From contig JAUYKH010000041.1 of the NCBI GenBank assembly GCA_030700065.1, positions 4,659-68,658 of the forward strand: a DNA stretch of 64,000 nucleotides, read 5' to 3'. The DNA is from a bacterium (GTDB lineage: Bacteria > Patescibacteriota > Doudnabacteria > UBA920 > 2-01-FULL-46-14). Positions 47,996 through 56,412 of this stretch are shown in pieces. The notes beneath the pieces were generated by a model that was given only the letters and a program-made list of their open reading frames with translations, made no database searches and was not told where the DNA came from. Every line of letters starts with the position of its first letter. The stretch's first letter is position 1. The position numbers and the translations under genes were made by a program.

Positions 47996-50456
47996 ATTTT
48001 TTGAACTGGTTGCCGCGGTCAGCGTAGTCTCTGAACATCCCGAAACTCGCCGAGGCCGGGGAGAGCAGACAAATTTTGCCCCGCGGGGTCACTTTGAACG
48101 CAATCGCGACCGCCTTTTTCATGGATGAGACGGCATATTTTTTTGTTTTCAACTTCGTTTTCTTGTCCAAAGCATTCCATATCTTATCGCCAGTGGCAGG
48201 AAATAGAACAAGTGACCGAAGCTGCGATGTTTTAATACGAGATGCAAGCTTCGCAAAAGACAGCCCTCGGTCAAATCCGCCGGCAATAAGTGTTGATACA
48301 TCATCACCCAAAACGTCCAGCGCGCGAATTGTCGCCACAGGGACAGTGGCCAGCGAATCATTGTAAAATTTAATTCCTCGAAATCTGCCGACGTATTCGA
48401 GCCGGTGCGGAAGGGTTTTAAATTTCCTGATAGCCTCCAAAGACAGCCGCGGGGCGATTTTGAAAAGTTTCGCTACCGCCATCGCGGCGGCCACGGCTTC
48501 GGGCGGAATGAGTTTGGGAAGATATTGAGCTTTGGACTCAATGACCCGAACTTTTTTGCTGCGGCTTTTCGAAGCAATTTGCGCCGGAATTTTATTTTTG
48601 GGATTAAAAACAACCGCATCGTCGCTGTTTTGGTGTTGGATAATCCTGCTTTTCGCCCAGGCGTATTTCGCAAAGCTCCCGTGATGGTCCAGATGTTCGG
48701 GAACAATATTCAGTATCACGGCCACGTGCGGGCTGTATCTGATATCCTCCAATTGCTGGCTTGAAAGTTCCATCACAAACAGGGTTTGATCGGTCGCACC
48801 CTCTAGATAATCAAGCGCGGGTTTGCCAATATTGCCGACCAATCTAACGTCTCGATATTTTTGCTTCAAGATCGAGTAGATGAGCGAGGACGTCGTGCTT
48901 TTGCCTTTGGTTCCGGTGATGCCGATAATTTTCCCAGGCGCGTTTGCGAAAAATAGATTCGTGGCCGTGGTCACGTCTTTGCCGCGCAGTTGCGGCAAGC
49001 CAGGCTTGATTCCAGGCGAGCGGATAATCATATCGTAGTTCGCAATGGAATCAAGGTAATTCTTGTTTATTTTTTTATCAGCAATGCCCATTGTGAGGTG
49101 CGGATAGTGTTTTTTCAAATACTTGAGGGTGCTTTGTCCCTCGCGGCCAAAACCCAGGATTAAAATCGAGGGACGCGCAACGGCTCGAAGTCTGCGTTCA
49201 TATTCCGCCGGCAGGAAATGATTTTTATTCCAGGAGCCCAGAACTTTATTATTTATATCCTTGTGTTTAACGAGTTCAAGTGCGAGCCTTATCTCTTCTC
49301 TCGTTGCCACGCACTCGAACGGCTTAATACCAGTTCCTGTCATTTGACGAATATATTTTTTTATTTGAGCGTTTCGGAGGAGATCACTGCCAAAGATTTC
49401 TATCATCTTTGATTTCGGCAAAAACGGCGCCAAAAGAAGATAAGATGACGCGCATTTGGCGCAGTGACCGCACCAGGTATTGGTTTTTTGTCCGACATTG
49501 CAACTGCGAAACGCGAGGCGATGCCTTGTAAAGTGCGAAAAAAGCTGGCTGATTTGTATTTCATAAAGCGGCCGCAAGAAACTGAAGTAATATATATTAA
49601 AATATTTATTTAAATAAGTATTAGAATATTCGCGAAACAGCTTTTCAAACGCAAAAGATTTGGAATACTGATGATTGATTTTTTTGCCTTTGTAAACGAC
49701 GTTTTCCTCATCGGCGCTTCGTTCATTGGAAGCAATAACGTTTTTGTAGCCGTGAATCGCGGCGGCCAGAGCTCCCAAGAAAGCCAGGTACGCGGAAAAA
49801 GGCGTATGGCCGTTGAGGTAGCCGGACTTATTGAGTTTGAGCAACTTGGAATCAATTGTCCTTTTAACATTGATAATGTTTTTATACCCGGCAATGCGAG
49901 CGTTTTCAATGGCGGGCTTCACGTTCCCCAAGACCATCACAGCTTGGCGTTTGTTGAGACCTTTTAGAATTTCTAATGTTACAGCCGAATCTTTTCCTCC
50001 GCCGGCCAAGATAAGATCGCCTTCGGCGATCTTAGAATGTAGAATATGGAATGTAGAATGTTGGGAAGAAACAATGCGGACGAAATCGGGTGTAGTGAAG
50101 TCTATTTTATTCTGATAGAAAAATTCACCCAGGCCGTTTAATAGGAGGTTTTTCCACCAGGTGATCTGCGCGTTGTTTAATTTTCCAGCCTTGATAACAA
50201 TCTCCCTCGGACACGCCGCTTTCCAGTAACTGATTAGTTCAATTAACCCAAGATTAAATACCAAGTTTCTAATTGAACTTGTCATCCCCGACCCGGTCGG
50301 GGATCCACTTGTCGGTATTACAATTTCCGGCCGAAAAACAATATCCGGTTCAAGCACAAACCGGAATTTAATATGTAGGTTGCGACCCAGTTGGCGGATA
50401 TCGAAAGATTCGTAAACCAACCGCGGATGTTTCTTGCGAAGCTCGGAGAGCGTCAT
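47967..50456 (-). CDS. murL-murD: Fusion of MurL (UDP-MurNAc-L-Ala-L-Glu epimerase) and a MurD/MurD2 ligase
   Basis: SYWKA, GGGKDS, LNGHTPFS, SNERSA, NHQYSKS, FRSCN, WCGHCAKC, KPFECV; then LGFGREG, RSPG, ITGTKGKSTT, ELSS, HRLE, NDS.AT, LLSPASAS. Confidence 0.9.
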   Translation of the reverse strand: MTLSELRKKHPRLVYESFDIRQLGRNLHIKFRFVLEPDIVFRPEIVIPTSGSPTGSGMTSSIRNLVFNLGLIELISYWKAACPREIVIKAGKLNNAQITWWKNLLLNGLGEFFYQNKIDFTTPDFVRIVSSQHSTFHILHSKIAEGDLILAGGGKDSAVTLEILKGLNKRQAVMVLGNVKPAIENARIAGYKNIINVKRTIDSKLLKLNKSGYLNGHTPFSAYLAFLGALAAAIHGYKNVIASNERSADEENVVYKGKKINHQYSKSFAFEKLFREYSNTYLNKYFNIYYFSFLRPLYEIQISQLFSHFTRHRLAFRSCNVGQKTNTWCGHCAKCASSYLLLAPFLPKSKMIEIFGSDLLRNAQIKKYIRQMTGTGIKPFECVATREEIRLALELVKHKDINNKVLGSWNKNHFLPAEYERRLRAVARPSILILGFGREGQSTLKYLKKHYPHLTMGIADKKINKNYLDSIANYDMIIRSPGIKPGLPQLRGKDVTTATNLFFANAPGKIIGITGTKGKSTTSSLIYSILKQKYRDVRLVGNIGKPALDYLEGATDQTLFVMELSSQQLEDIRYSPHVAVILNIVPEHLDHHGSFAKYAWAKSRIIQHQNSDDAVVFNPKNKIPAQIASKSRSKKVRVIESKAQYLPKLIPPEAVAAAMAVAKLFKIAPRLSLEAIRKFKTLPHRLEYVGRFRGIKFYNDSLATVPVATIRALDVLGDDVSTLIAGGFDRGLSFAKLASRIKTSQLRSLVLFPATGDKIWNALDKKTKLKTKKYAVSSMKKAVAIAFKVTPRGKICLLSPASASFGMFRDYADRGNQFKKFIRAMSRAE
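50012..50060. repeat. Perfect hairpin followed by four heptamers inside murL
   Basis: taagatcgcc-ttc-ggcgatctta; tagaatg tagaata tggaatg tagaatg. Confidence 0.75.
50277..50313. repeat. In-frame palindromic insertion in murL with 7-bp direct repeats
   Basis: atccccgacc-c-ggtcggggat flanked by ACTTGTC copies 30 nt apart. Confidence 0.8.
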
Positions 50457-50547
50457 AATAATTATGATTTTACCATAAAAATTGTTATTCCGCACTTGGG
50501 CGAATGATTTGTTTTTGTTATAATGCCTAAAGGGATTGGTGCTTTTG

Positions 50548-50619
50548 GCCCTCGTGGTGAAATGGATATCACAACAGGCTTCGGACCTGTGGGTGGGGGT
50601 TCGATTCCCTCCGAGGGCA
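50548..50619 (+). tRNA. tRNA-Arg (anticodon UCG); CCA not encoded
   Basis: GCCCTCG/CGAGGGC acceptor, GTGA/TCAC D stem, ACAGG-CTTCGGA-CCTGT anticodon arm, GGTTCGATTCC T arm; TGtTATAAT upstream. Confidence 0.95.
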
Positions 50620-50627
50620 TTGATAAT

Positions 50628-50837
50628 ATGTTAGAGGAAAAAGACAAAATTTACGGGGCGGAGGACTTGGCGAAGTTTTTCGGCGTTACCCAAAAAACCA
50701 TTTGGGAATGGTGCAAAAAAGGCAAATTGCCCGCGTTTAAGATCGGCAAGGAATGGAAGGTCAGGGTGAGCGATCTGAATAAGACGATCACCGGGAAAAT
50801 AAGTGCGCATAAAGAAAAAGGGACCCCGTTGTTTTAA
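50628..50837 (+). CDS. Excisionase/MerR-like helix-turn-helix protein (HTH_17)
   Basis: AEDLAKFFGVTQKTIWEWCKKGKLPAFKIGKEWKV; ATG just after the tRNA. Confidence 0.85.
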   Translation: MLEEKDKIYGAEDLAKFFGVTQKTIWEWCKKGKLPAFKIGKEWKVRVSDLNKTITGKISAHKEKGTPLF

Positions 50838-50839
50838 TG

Positions 50840-50918
50840 TTCAATTCTCAATTTACAATTTTCAATGAATTTTCAATGTTACAATTATTTAATGTTTGAA
50901 AATTGGTAATTGGAAATT
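50840..50918. repeat. Degenerate heptamer array (CAATT core) with mirrored half
   Basis: ttcaatt ctcaatt tacaatt ttcaatg ... tgaaaattggtaattggaaatt. Confidence 0.7.
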
Positions 50919-50921
50919 ATT

Positions 50922-51962
50922 ATGTCTGTTTACTTCTTCTATGGGCAAGACACGTTCAGTCTTCTCGAGGAGCTCAAGGAATTCAAAGACAAATGGCGTG
51001 TTGATCACCCCAATGCCGGCATGGAAGAACTGCGCGTGGAAAGCAATTCGTCTGATCAGGAATTGCGCATGCGGCTTCGGGAACATCTGGAAAACCAGGG
51101 GCTTTTCGCGAACGAAAAGCTGATTATTATCCATGATTGCATAGATCGCCTAAGCAAACTTTCATCTACCGAAAGGTATATTTTGGACGTGTTGAACAAT
51201 CCGCCTCGTTCTACGGCGCTCATTTTTGTCGAAACCGAGGGGGTCGACAAGAGGCGAACCGCATTCAAGAAACTGAAAAAGGCGGCAACCGTCAGGGAGT
51301 TTGCGCCTCTGGCAAGGGCGAATTTGGAAACCTGGATAAAAAACAGACTGGAAAAACAGCGCGTGAAAATGGAAAAGTCGGCCATCGCCAAATTTTTGGA
51401 TTTGCTTCAGACCGATGATGAAGAAGAAATTTATAATCTTTGGCAGATCGTTTCAGAGCTTGAAAAGCTGATACTGTATTCGGGCGGGAAAAATATTGCC
51501 GAAGGTGACGTGACAAAATTGGTCGCTCCGAATATTTCCCAAAATGTTTTCGCGCTTACCAATCTCTTCGCGGAAGGGGATTCCGCTCAAGCGATCGCGC
51601 TTTTGGATGATCTGGTGGGGCGCGGCCAAATCGCCGAAGAGCGCAACCAATCCATTGCCATTGTCGGGGCGCTGGCTTCGCAAATTCGTTCCCTGCTTCT
51701 GGTGAAGGACCTGGAAGATCAGGGCCCTGCGGAAATTGCAAAAATATTGGACTGGAAAGAGGGGAGGGTGTGGATCAATCTCAAGCTGGCGAAAAAATTT
51801 ACGAAGGCCATCCTGGTTAAATCCCTTGAGGATTTGCGCGCGATTGATTTCCGGCTTAAAACGTCCGAGGAGCCCCCGAAACTTTTATTAAGTCTGTTTA
51901 TTCAAAAAGTGAGTTCGACGACCCGAGCGGATAAGGCATTCTTGCCGGCCTTAAAAATTTGA
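50922..51962 (+). CDS. holA: DNA polymerase III subunit delta
   Basis: YFFYGQD, GLFANEKLIII, DKRR..FK, ELEKL, VFAL, L.AIDFRLKT. Confidence 0.9.
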   Translation: MSVYFFYGQDTFSLLEELKEFKDKWRVDHPNAGMEELRVESNSSDQELRMRLREHLENQGLFANEKLIIIHDCIDRLSKLSSTERYILDVLNNPPRSTALIFVETEGVDKRRTAFKKLKKAATVREFAPLARANLETWIKNRLEKQRVKMEKSAIAKFLDLLQTDDEEEIYNLWQIVSELEKLILYSGGKNIAEGDVTKLVAPNISQNVFALTNLFAEGDSAQAIALLDDLVGRGQIAEERNQSIAIVGALASQIRSLLLVKDLEDQGPAEIAKILDWKEGRVWINLKLAKKFTKAILVKSLEDLRAIDFRLKTSEEPPKLLLSLFIQKVSSTTRADKAFLPALKI

Positions 51963-51996
51963 GGTATATTTAAGGCAAGATATTTAATTTATTACC

Positions 51997-52500
51997 ATGA
52001 AAAATATATTGATTGCGGCGGGAATAATTTTGGCAGTCGGGCTGGGCGTTTGGTATTACGGCAACCGCGCGGAGGATACGGTTCCCAATGAAGACATGCA
52101 GGCAGATAACACGGATAATACCGATCAAACGAATGAAGACGCGGATAGTCCCGCGAACATTCCGCCAGCTGCAGATAACGGGCAGTCAAATAATCCACCC
52201 CCGCAGGAGGATGAAAAACCGGCCTTCGCGGCCGCCATTACCAATACGGAAGATGGATTTTCCCCCTCCTCTGTGACAATCAAAGTCGGCGATACGGTGA
52301 AATGGATAAATCAAGCCGGCGGAAATATGTGGGTTGCCTCTGCGCCCCACCCGGTACACACTGATTATCCGGAGTTCGATCAAAAAAGAGGCGTAGGCAC
52401 GGGCGGAGAATACACCTTTACCTTTACCAAAGCGGGCAACTGGAAATACCACGACCATTTGAATCCCCAGCATTTTGGGGTGGTAAACGTGACTCAATAA
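51997..52500 (+). CDS. Membrane-anchored cupredoxin-fold protein lacking the type-1 copper Cys
   Basis: FSPSSVTIKVGDTVKW.N, YTFTF..AG.WKYHDH. Confidence 0.8.
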   Translation: MKNILIAAGIILAVGLGVWYYGNRAEDTVPNEDMQADNTDNTDQTNEDADSPANIPPAADNGQSNNPPPQEDEKPAFAAAITNTEDGFSPSSVTIKVGDTVKWINQAGGNMWVASAPHPVHTDYPEFDQKRGVGTGGEYTFTFTKAGNWKYHDHLNPQHFGVVNVTQ

Positions 52501-52516
52501 GTGAATGCTCGTGATT

Positions 52517-53494
52517 TTAGTTCCGCGTGATGATAAAGATCAAATATGCCAGATAGCCGGCGGTGAGCAGAAATCCTTCTGATCGCCGGATGATTTTCCC
52601 CGTGAGGCTGACGAAAAACAGCATGAGGGAAAAAGCGATCATCACCCAGGCGTCGGCAAACCATTCGGTTTTGAACGGGACTGGGCTGATGACGGCATTG
52701 ATGCCGAGAATAAAAAAAGTATTGAAGATGTTACTGCCGACGATATTGCCGACTGCGATGTCGGCTTCTTTTTTGAAGGCGGCGGCAATGGATGTCGCCA
52801 GCTCGGGAAGCGATGTGCCAACTCCGACAATAGTGAGTCCAATCAAGATTTCCGATACGCCCAGAGAGCGGGCAAGCGCGGCGGCTTGGCCCACCACCAT
52901 CTGTCCTCCAACGACCACTCCAACCAGTCCGCCGAGTATGAAAAGAATCGCCCGCGTCCAGGTTTTGCCGCTTTGTTTGTACTCCCGGGCAAATTCTTCT
53001 TCCAGCACGACTTCCCGTTGAGCAAACACAGTTTTTGTAAGGTAATATAGGAAGATGGCAAAGAACAGAAGGAGGGTCAACCCATCGGCGCGGGACAGCT
53101 CGCTGGTCGTTTGCCCGGTCAATGCCTGGTCGGCTATTAGGATTAGAAAAGCGACCGCCGAGAGCGTCATAAACGGGATCTCACGGCTGATCAACACTTT
53201 TTTTATCACAAGCGGCGTAAGCAGGGCCGAAATTCCGACAATGAGCCCAATGTTCGCGATATTACTACCGATGATGTTTCCAAGTCCGAGATCAGATGTC
53301 CCAGGGTGGAGTGCGGAAATGACGTTTACTGCCAGTTCCGGCGAAGAGGTGCCAAAAGCGACAATGGTGAGTCCGATGATGAGCGGTGAAATCCGCAGCT
53401 TTTCGGCAGTGACGACCGCGCCGTCAACCAGAATACCGGCGCCTTTTATCAGAATCGCAAAGCCAAGGATTAGCAGAAGCAGTGTTGTGATCAT
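52517..53494 (-). CDS. Ca2+/Na+ antiporter (YrbG family)
   Basis: Two alpha repeats GTSSPE / GTSLPE, GNIIGSNI. Confidence 0.95.
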   Translation of the reverse strand: MITTLLLLILGFAILIKGAGILVDGAVVTAEKLRISPLIIGLTIVAFGTSSPELAVNVISALHPGTSDLGLGNIIGSNIANIGLIVGISALLTPLVIKKVLISREIPFMTLSAVAFLILIADQALTGQTTSELSRADGLTLLLFFAIFLYYLTKTVFAQREVVLEEEFAREYKQSGKTWTRAILFILGGLVGVVVGGQMVVGQAAALARSLGVSEILIGLTIVGVGTSLPELATSIAAAFKKEADIAVGNIVGSNIFNTFFILGINAVISPVPFKTEWFADAWVMIAFSLMLFFVSLTGKIIRRSEGFLLTAGYLAYLIFIITRN

Positions 53495-53498
53495 AGGC

Positions 53499-54353
53499 TT
53501 ATCGCGGCGCTTTGTGCCAGACCCGTTGCGGGAAGGGAATCTCTATGCCTTCACGATCAAAGGCAATTTTGAGTCTTTTGCGCAGTTCGCCCGAGACGTC
53601 CCACTGGCGAATCGGTTTTGTCTCTCCCAAAATTTTGATAATTATGGCTGATTCGCCAAAATCGTCCACTCGCAGAAACTGCGGGGGTTTGACAATGTCT
53701 TTTTTCCATGCCGGATCTTTTGCCAGATCGTTGCCGACGCGGTTTACCACGGCGATGACTTTCTCGAGATTAGAGGAGTAGGCAACACCGACATTCATAT
53801 TGACGCGCGCGTAGTATTTGGACAGGTTGGAAACTTTTTTAATTTCGCCGTGCGGCACGTGGTGCACTGTGCCGTCCAAGTCTCGCAGAGTTGTCATGCG
53901 CAAACTAATGTCTTCCACGAGCCCGCAGGTTCCGTCAAAACACACCACGTCACCCACGCGGTATTGGTTTTCCATGATTATGAATACACCCGAGATAAGG
54001 TCGCGGATAAGATATTGTCCGCCAAAACCGAAAGCCAGGCCTGCGATGCCCGCTGCCGCCAGCAGAGGACCGATCTCCACTCCGACTTCGGATAATATCG
54101 TCAGGCCGGCGACTATCCACAGAAGGACCAGAAGCGTGCCGTTGGCAATGCGGATTAGCGTGTCTTCTCTTTGTTTTTCCGACTCTTTGGAAATAAAGTG
54201 GTCGGTCGTTACAGCCTTTCTTATGAATGTTTCTATAAACCGGCCGCCAAATTTTTTGATAACCAAAGCGAGGATAAGGACTCCCAAAATTGGCAGGCCG
54301 TGGAATACAAGCCACCCAGATAAGGAAGAATAGATGGTTGAAACGGTTTCCAT
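53499..54353 (-). CDS. Small-conductance mechanosensitive channel (MscS family)
   Basis: GLAFGFGGQ, DLISG, YRVGD, G.VEDI.LR.T, EIPFPQR. Confidence 0.95.
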   Translation of the reverse strand: METVSTIYSSLSGWLVFHGLPILGVLILALVIKKFGGRFIETFIRKAVTTDHFISKESEKQREDTLIRIANGTLLVLLWIVAGLTILSEVGVEIGPLLAAAGIAGLAFGFGGQYLIRDLISGVFIIMENQYRVGDVVCFDGTCGLVEDISLRMTTLRDLDGTVHHVPHGEIKKVSNLSKYYARVNMNVGVAYSSNLEKVIAVVNRVGNDLAKDPAWKKDIVKPPQFLRVDDFGESAIIIKILGETKPIRQWDVSGELRKRLKIAFDREGIEIPFPQRVWHKAPR

Positions 54354-54514
54354 AGTTTTTGCGTTTTAATTCTCTTGTTTCAGATTAGCACGTATATATT
54401 TTGACGCAAGGCGCATAAACGTGTATAATTATATATGTATGGCACAGCATACATTTACCAGTACCAGCTCTTCACAACCTTCTGTGCAAGGGCTTTATTA
54501 TTTAAGTAGCAAAT

Positions 54515-54829
54515 ATGGACAATTCCAAATTGGTTTCCCGGTCTCTGCTTCACGCATTAGGCGTATTGGTTTACGTTTCAGCTGTGGCCTGGATAATGAC
54601 GAACGGCGACCGGCTCTTTGGCCGCGTGGAGGATACAATTTTTGGCCCAATGGTGTTTCTGCTTCTCTTTGTAATATCGGCTACCGTCGTCGGTTCACTC
54701 GTCTTAGCAAAACCAACAATGCTATATCTTGCCGGCCAAAAAGAAGAAGCAATCAAATTTTTCACGTATACTGTTGGGTGGTTGGTAGGAATAACAGTTT
54801 TGCTTATTGCGCTTTTGGCCACCCGTTGA
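54515..54829 (+). CDS. Small three-TM membrane protein
   Basis: Three hydrophobic segments. Confidence 0.7.
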   Translation: MDNSKLVSRSLLHALGVLVYVSAVAWIMTNGDRLFGRVEDTIFGPMVFLLLFVISATVVGSLVLAKPTMLYLAGQKEEAIKFFTYTVGWLVGITVLLIALLATR

Positions 54830-55003
54830 CTTTTTGTACGAAATTTGCTATTAATTAATTGGATTATGATCCCGTCTGACACAGCAGACGAACGCTCTTA
54901 CGCAAAGCTGTGTAAGAGATTTTTGTTAGAGTGCTCGCAAACGTTTCGCTATTGATGGTCTTCTTACAAATTTTTATTTGAGCTGATTGGGCTTCTGCTT
55001 GAG

Positions 55004-55120
55004 TTCCCCAAAAGGGTCCCAAAAAATCGCGCAGCGGTTTTTGGGGAAGAGGGGGATTCGAGCGGAAGTTGCAGAGAACTCGCTTGCGAGTTTGCGTAAA
55101 CCGCAGCTCCGAATCATCCG
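55004..55120. repeat. Compound palindromic element (nested hairpins)
   Basis: cccaaaaaatcgc/gcggtttttgggg; gattcgagc/gctccgaatc; aactcgc-tt-gcgagtt. Confidence 0.65.
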
Positions 55121-55121
55121 A

Positions 55122-55196
55122 GGTGCCTGTAGTTCAATGGCCTGCCCGCCATCGCAAGCATGAGCTTGCTCAGGCGTTGCGGGCGGGTAGAACGCC
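55122..55196 (+). pseudogene. Duplicated 5' 28 nt of tRNA-His, interrupted in the D loop by a 47-nt hairpin
   Basis: GGTGCCTGTAGTTCAATGG [55141-55187] TAGAACGCC matches 55444-55471 exactly once the insert is removed. Confidence 0.9.
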
Positions 55197-55203
55197 TAAA
55201 ATC

Positions 55204-55440
55204 ATGTATTATACTTACGTTTTGGTAAGTAAAAAAGACGAGAAACAATATATTGGTTGGACCGATGATTTAAGACACCGAGTTGATCAGCACAATAAAG
55301 GATTGGTGAATGCGACCAAGAATAGAAGGCCTTTAACCCTGGAATATTATGAGGCCTGCAGGAGTAAAAGCAAAGCCATTGCTCGAGAAAAGTATTTCAA
55401 AACAGGGTTTGGCAGACGTTATTTGAAAAATCGGTTTTAA
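55204..55440 (+). CDS. Small GIY-YIG nuclease (78 aa)
   Basis: YYTYVL...YIGWT.DL..R...HN.G...T...RP...E......A.ARE.YFK.G.GR. Confidence 0.95.
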   Translation: MYYTYVLVSKKDEKQYIGWTDDLRHRVDQHNKGLVNATKNRRPLTLEYYEACRSKSKAIAREKYFKTGFGRRYLKNRF

Positions 55441-55443
55441 TAT

Positions 55444-55518
55444 GGTGCCTGTAGTTCAATGGTAGAACGCCGCTCTGTGGCAGCGGTCACGAGGGTCCGA
55501 TTCCCTTCAGGCACCCCA
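55444..55518 (+). tRNA. tRNA-His (GUG) with G-1, C73 and encoded CCA
   Basis: G-GTGCCTG/CAGGCAC-C-CCA; CCGCT-CTGTGGC-AGCGG anticodon arm; T loop TCCGATT. Confidence 0.95.
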
Positions 55519-55579
55519 CCAAGAAGGCATACCCAGTATTGACCGAAGTGCCTAAATAGATAGATTAGTTTAGCCAGAC

Positions 55580-55606
55580 AAAAAATCGCCGAAAGGGCGG
55601 TTTTTT
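55580..55606 (+). terminator. Intrinsic terminator hairpin
   Basis: aaaaaatcgcc gaaag ggcggtttttt. Confidence 0.75.
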
Positions 55607-55620
55607 GTTATGGTGTAGAT

Positions 55621-56013
55621 ATGGAGAGTTACCAGAACGAACAGCAGAAACTATACCTTGAAGAACTGAAAGAGGTTTCTAAAAGGCGTAGTTTGAGAAA
55701 TGTTACTTTGCTTTCTGCTATGATAGAAGCACATATTTTTTCTTTGGCAAAAACATTTTTAGAGAAAAAAGGCGTTATTTATAGCCCATCAGAATTCGAC
55801 GAATATAGGATGTCAATAAACATTTTAAAATCTAATAATTTATTATCTCCAGACGAGTTAAGAGATGTTAATGAATTTCGTAGGTACAGAAAAGAGATTT
55901 TTCATAACCTATTTAAAGGAAAGCTAACCCGGGCTGGTTTGAACGACAACATTAATAAAGCTTGGACGATTGGTAAGAAGGTTGTTAAAAAATTGTCTCT
56001 TAAACAATTGTAA
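55621..56013 (+). CDS. Small helical protein, putative HEPN domain
   Basis: Rx4H motif RKEIFH near the C-terminus; upstream SAMIE helix. Confidence 0.55.
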   Translation: MESYQNEQQKLYLEELKEVSKRRSLRNVTLLSAMIEAHIFSLAKTFLEKKGVIYSPSEFDEYRMSINILKSNNLLSPDELRDVNEFRRYRKEIFHNLFKGKLTRAGLNDNINKAWTIGKKVVKKLSLKQL

Positions 56014-56056
56014 GAGTTTTATTTTTTGTTATGATAAACCCCGACCGGGGATATCA

Positions 56057-56410
56057 ATGATTTATTTAATAATAATTGGAATAATCGTTGTTTGGTCCAT
56101 AATTGCGTGGGCTGTTAGCAAATATAGGCAAGGAATACGCGACCGCGCCGCCCATGCCGTTTTAGATGACTTCAATTTTGAAGCCGAGAAACAAGAAATT
56201 CTCAATTTGGTTCCCGGCATCCTTCCCGCACCTCTACTTAATAAAGTGACTCATCAAAAGGAATTAGAAATTTACGCGCTTCGGAAAGAATACGAAAAGC
56301 AGTTTTGTCCTCGCGATCACGGCATTATGGTCCGTCGAGTTGGACACTATGGAACATTTTGGGGATGTGGTAATTATCCGAGATGCACATATACTAAGAA
56401 TAAATTGTAG
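56057..56410 (+). CDS. TM-anchored protein with topoisomerase-type C4 Zn ribbon
   Basis: MIYLIIIGIIVVW TM; CPRD.G.MVRR.G.YG.FWGC.NYP.C; start moved to ATG 56057. Confidence 0.8.
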   Translation: MIYLIIIGIIVVWSIIAWAVSKYRQGIRDRAAHAVLDDFNFEAEKQEILNLVPGILPAPLLNKVTHQKELEIYALRKEYEKQFCPRDHGIMVRRVGHYGTFWGCGNYPRCTYTKNKL

Positions 56411-56412
56411 AC

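Noticed and set aside
50523-50627. N-terminal extension of the HTH ORF and antisense ORF 50462..50647
   Set aside because: They translate the tRNA-Arg gene; the real start is 50628
54421-54858. Alternative 145-aa ORF
   Set aside because: The overlapping frame 54515..54829 gives a coherent three-TM protein
55069-55203. N-terminal extension of the GIY-YIG ORF
   Set aside because: It runs through palindromes and the tRNA fragment; family motifs begin at ATG 55204
55122-55518. Intron-split tRNA or group I intron with homing endonuclease
   Set aside because: The downstream tRNA is complete by itself and no intron core was recognised
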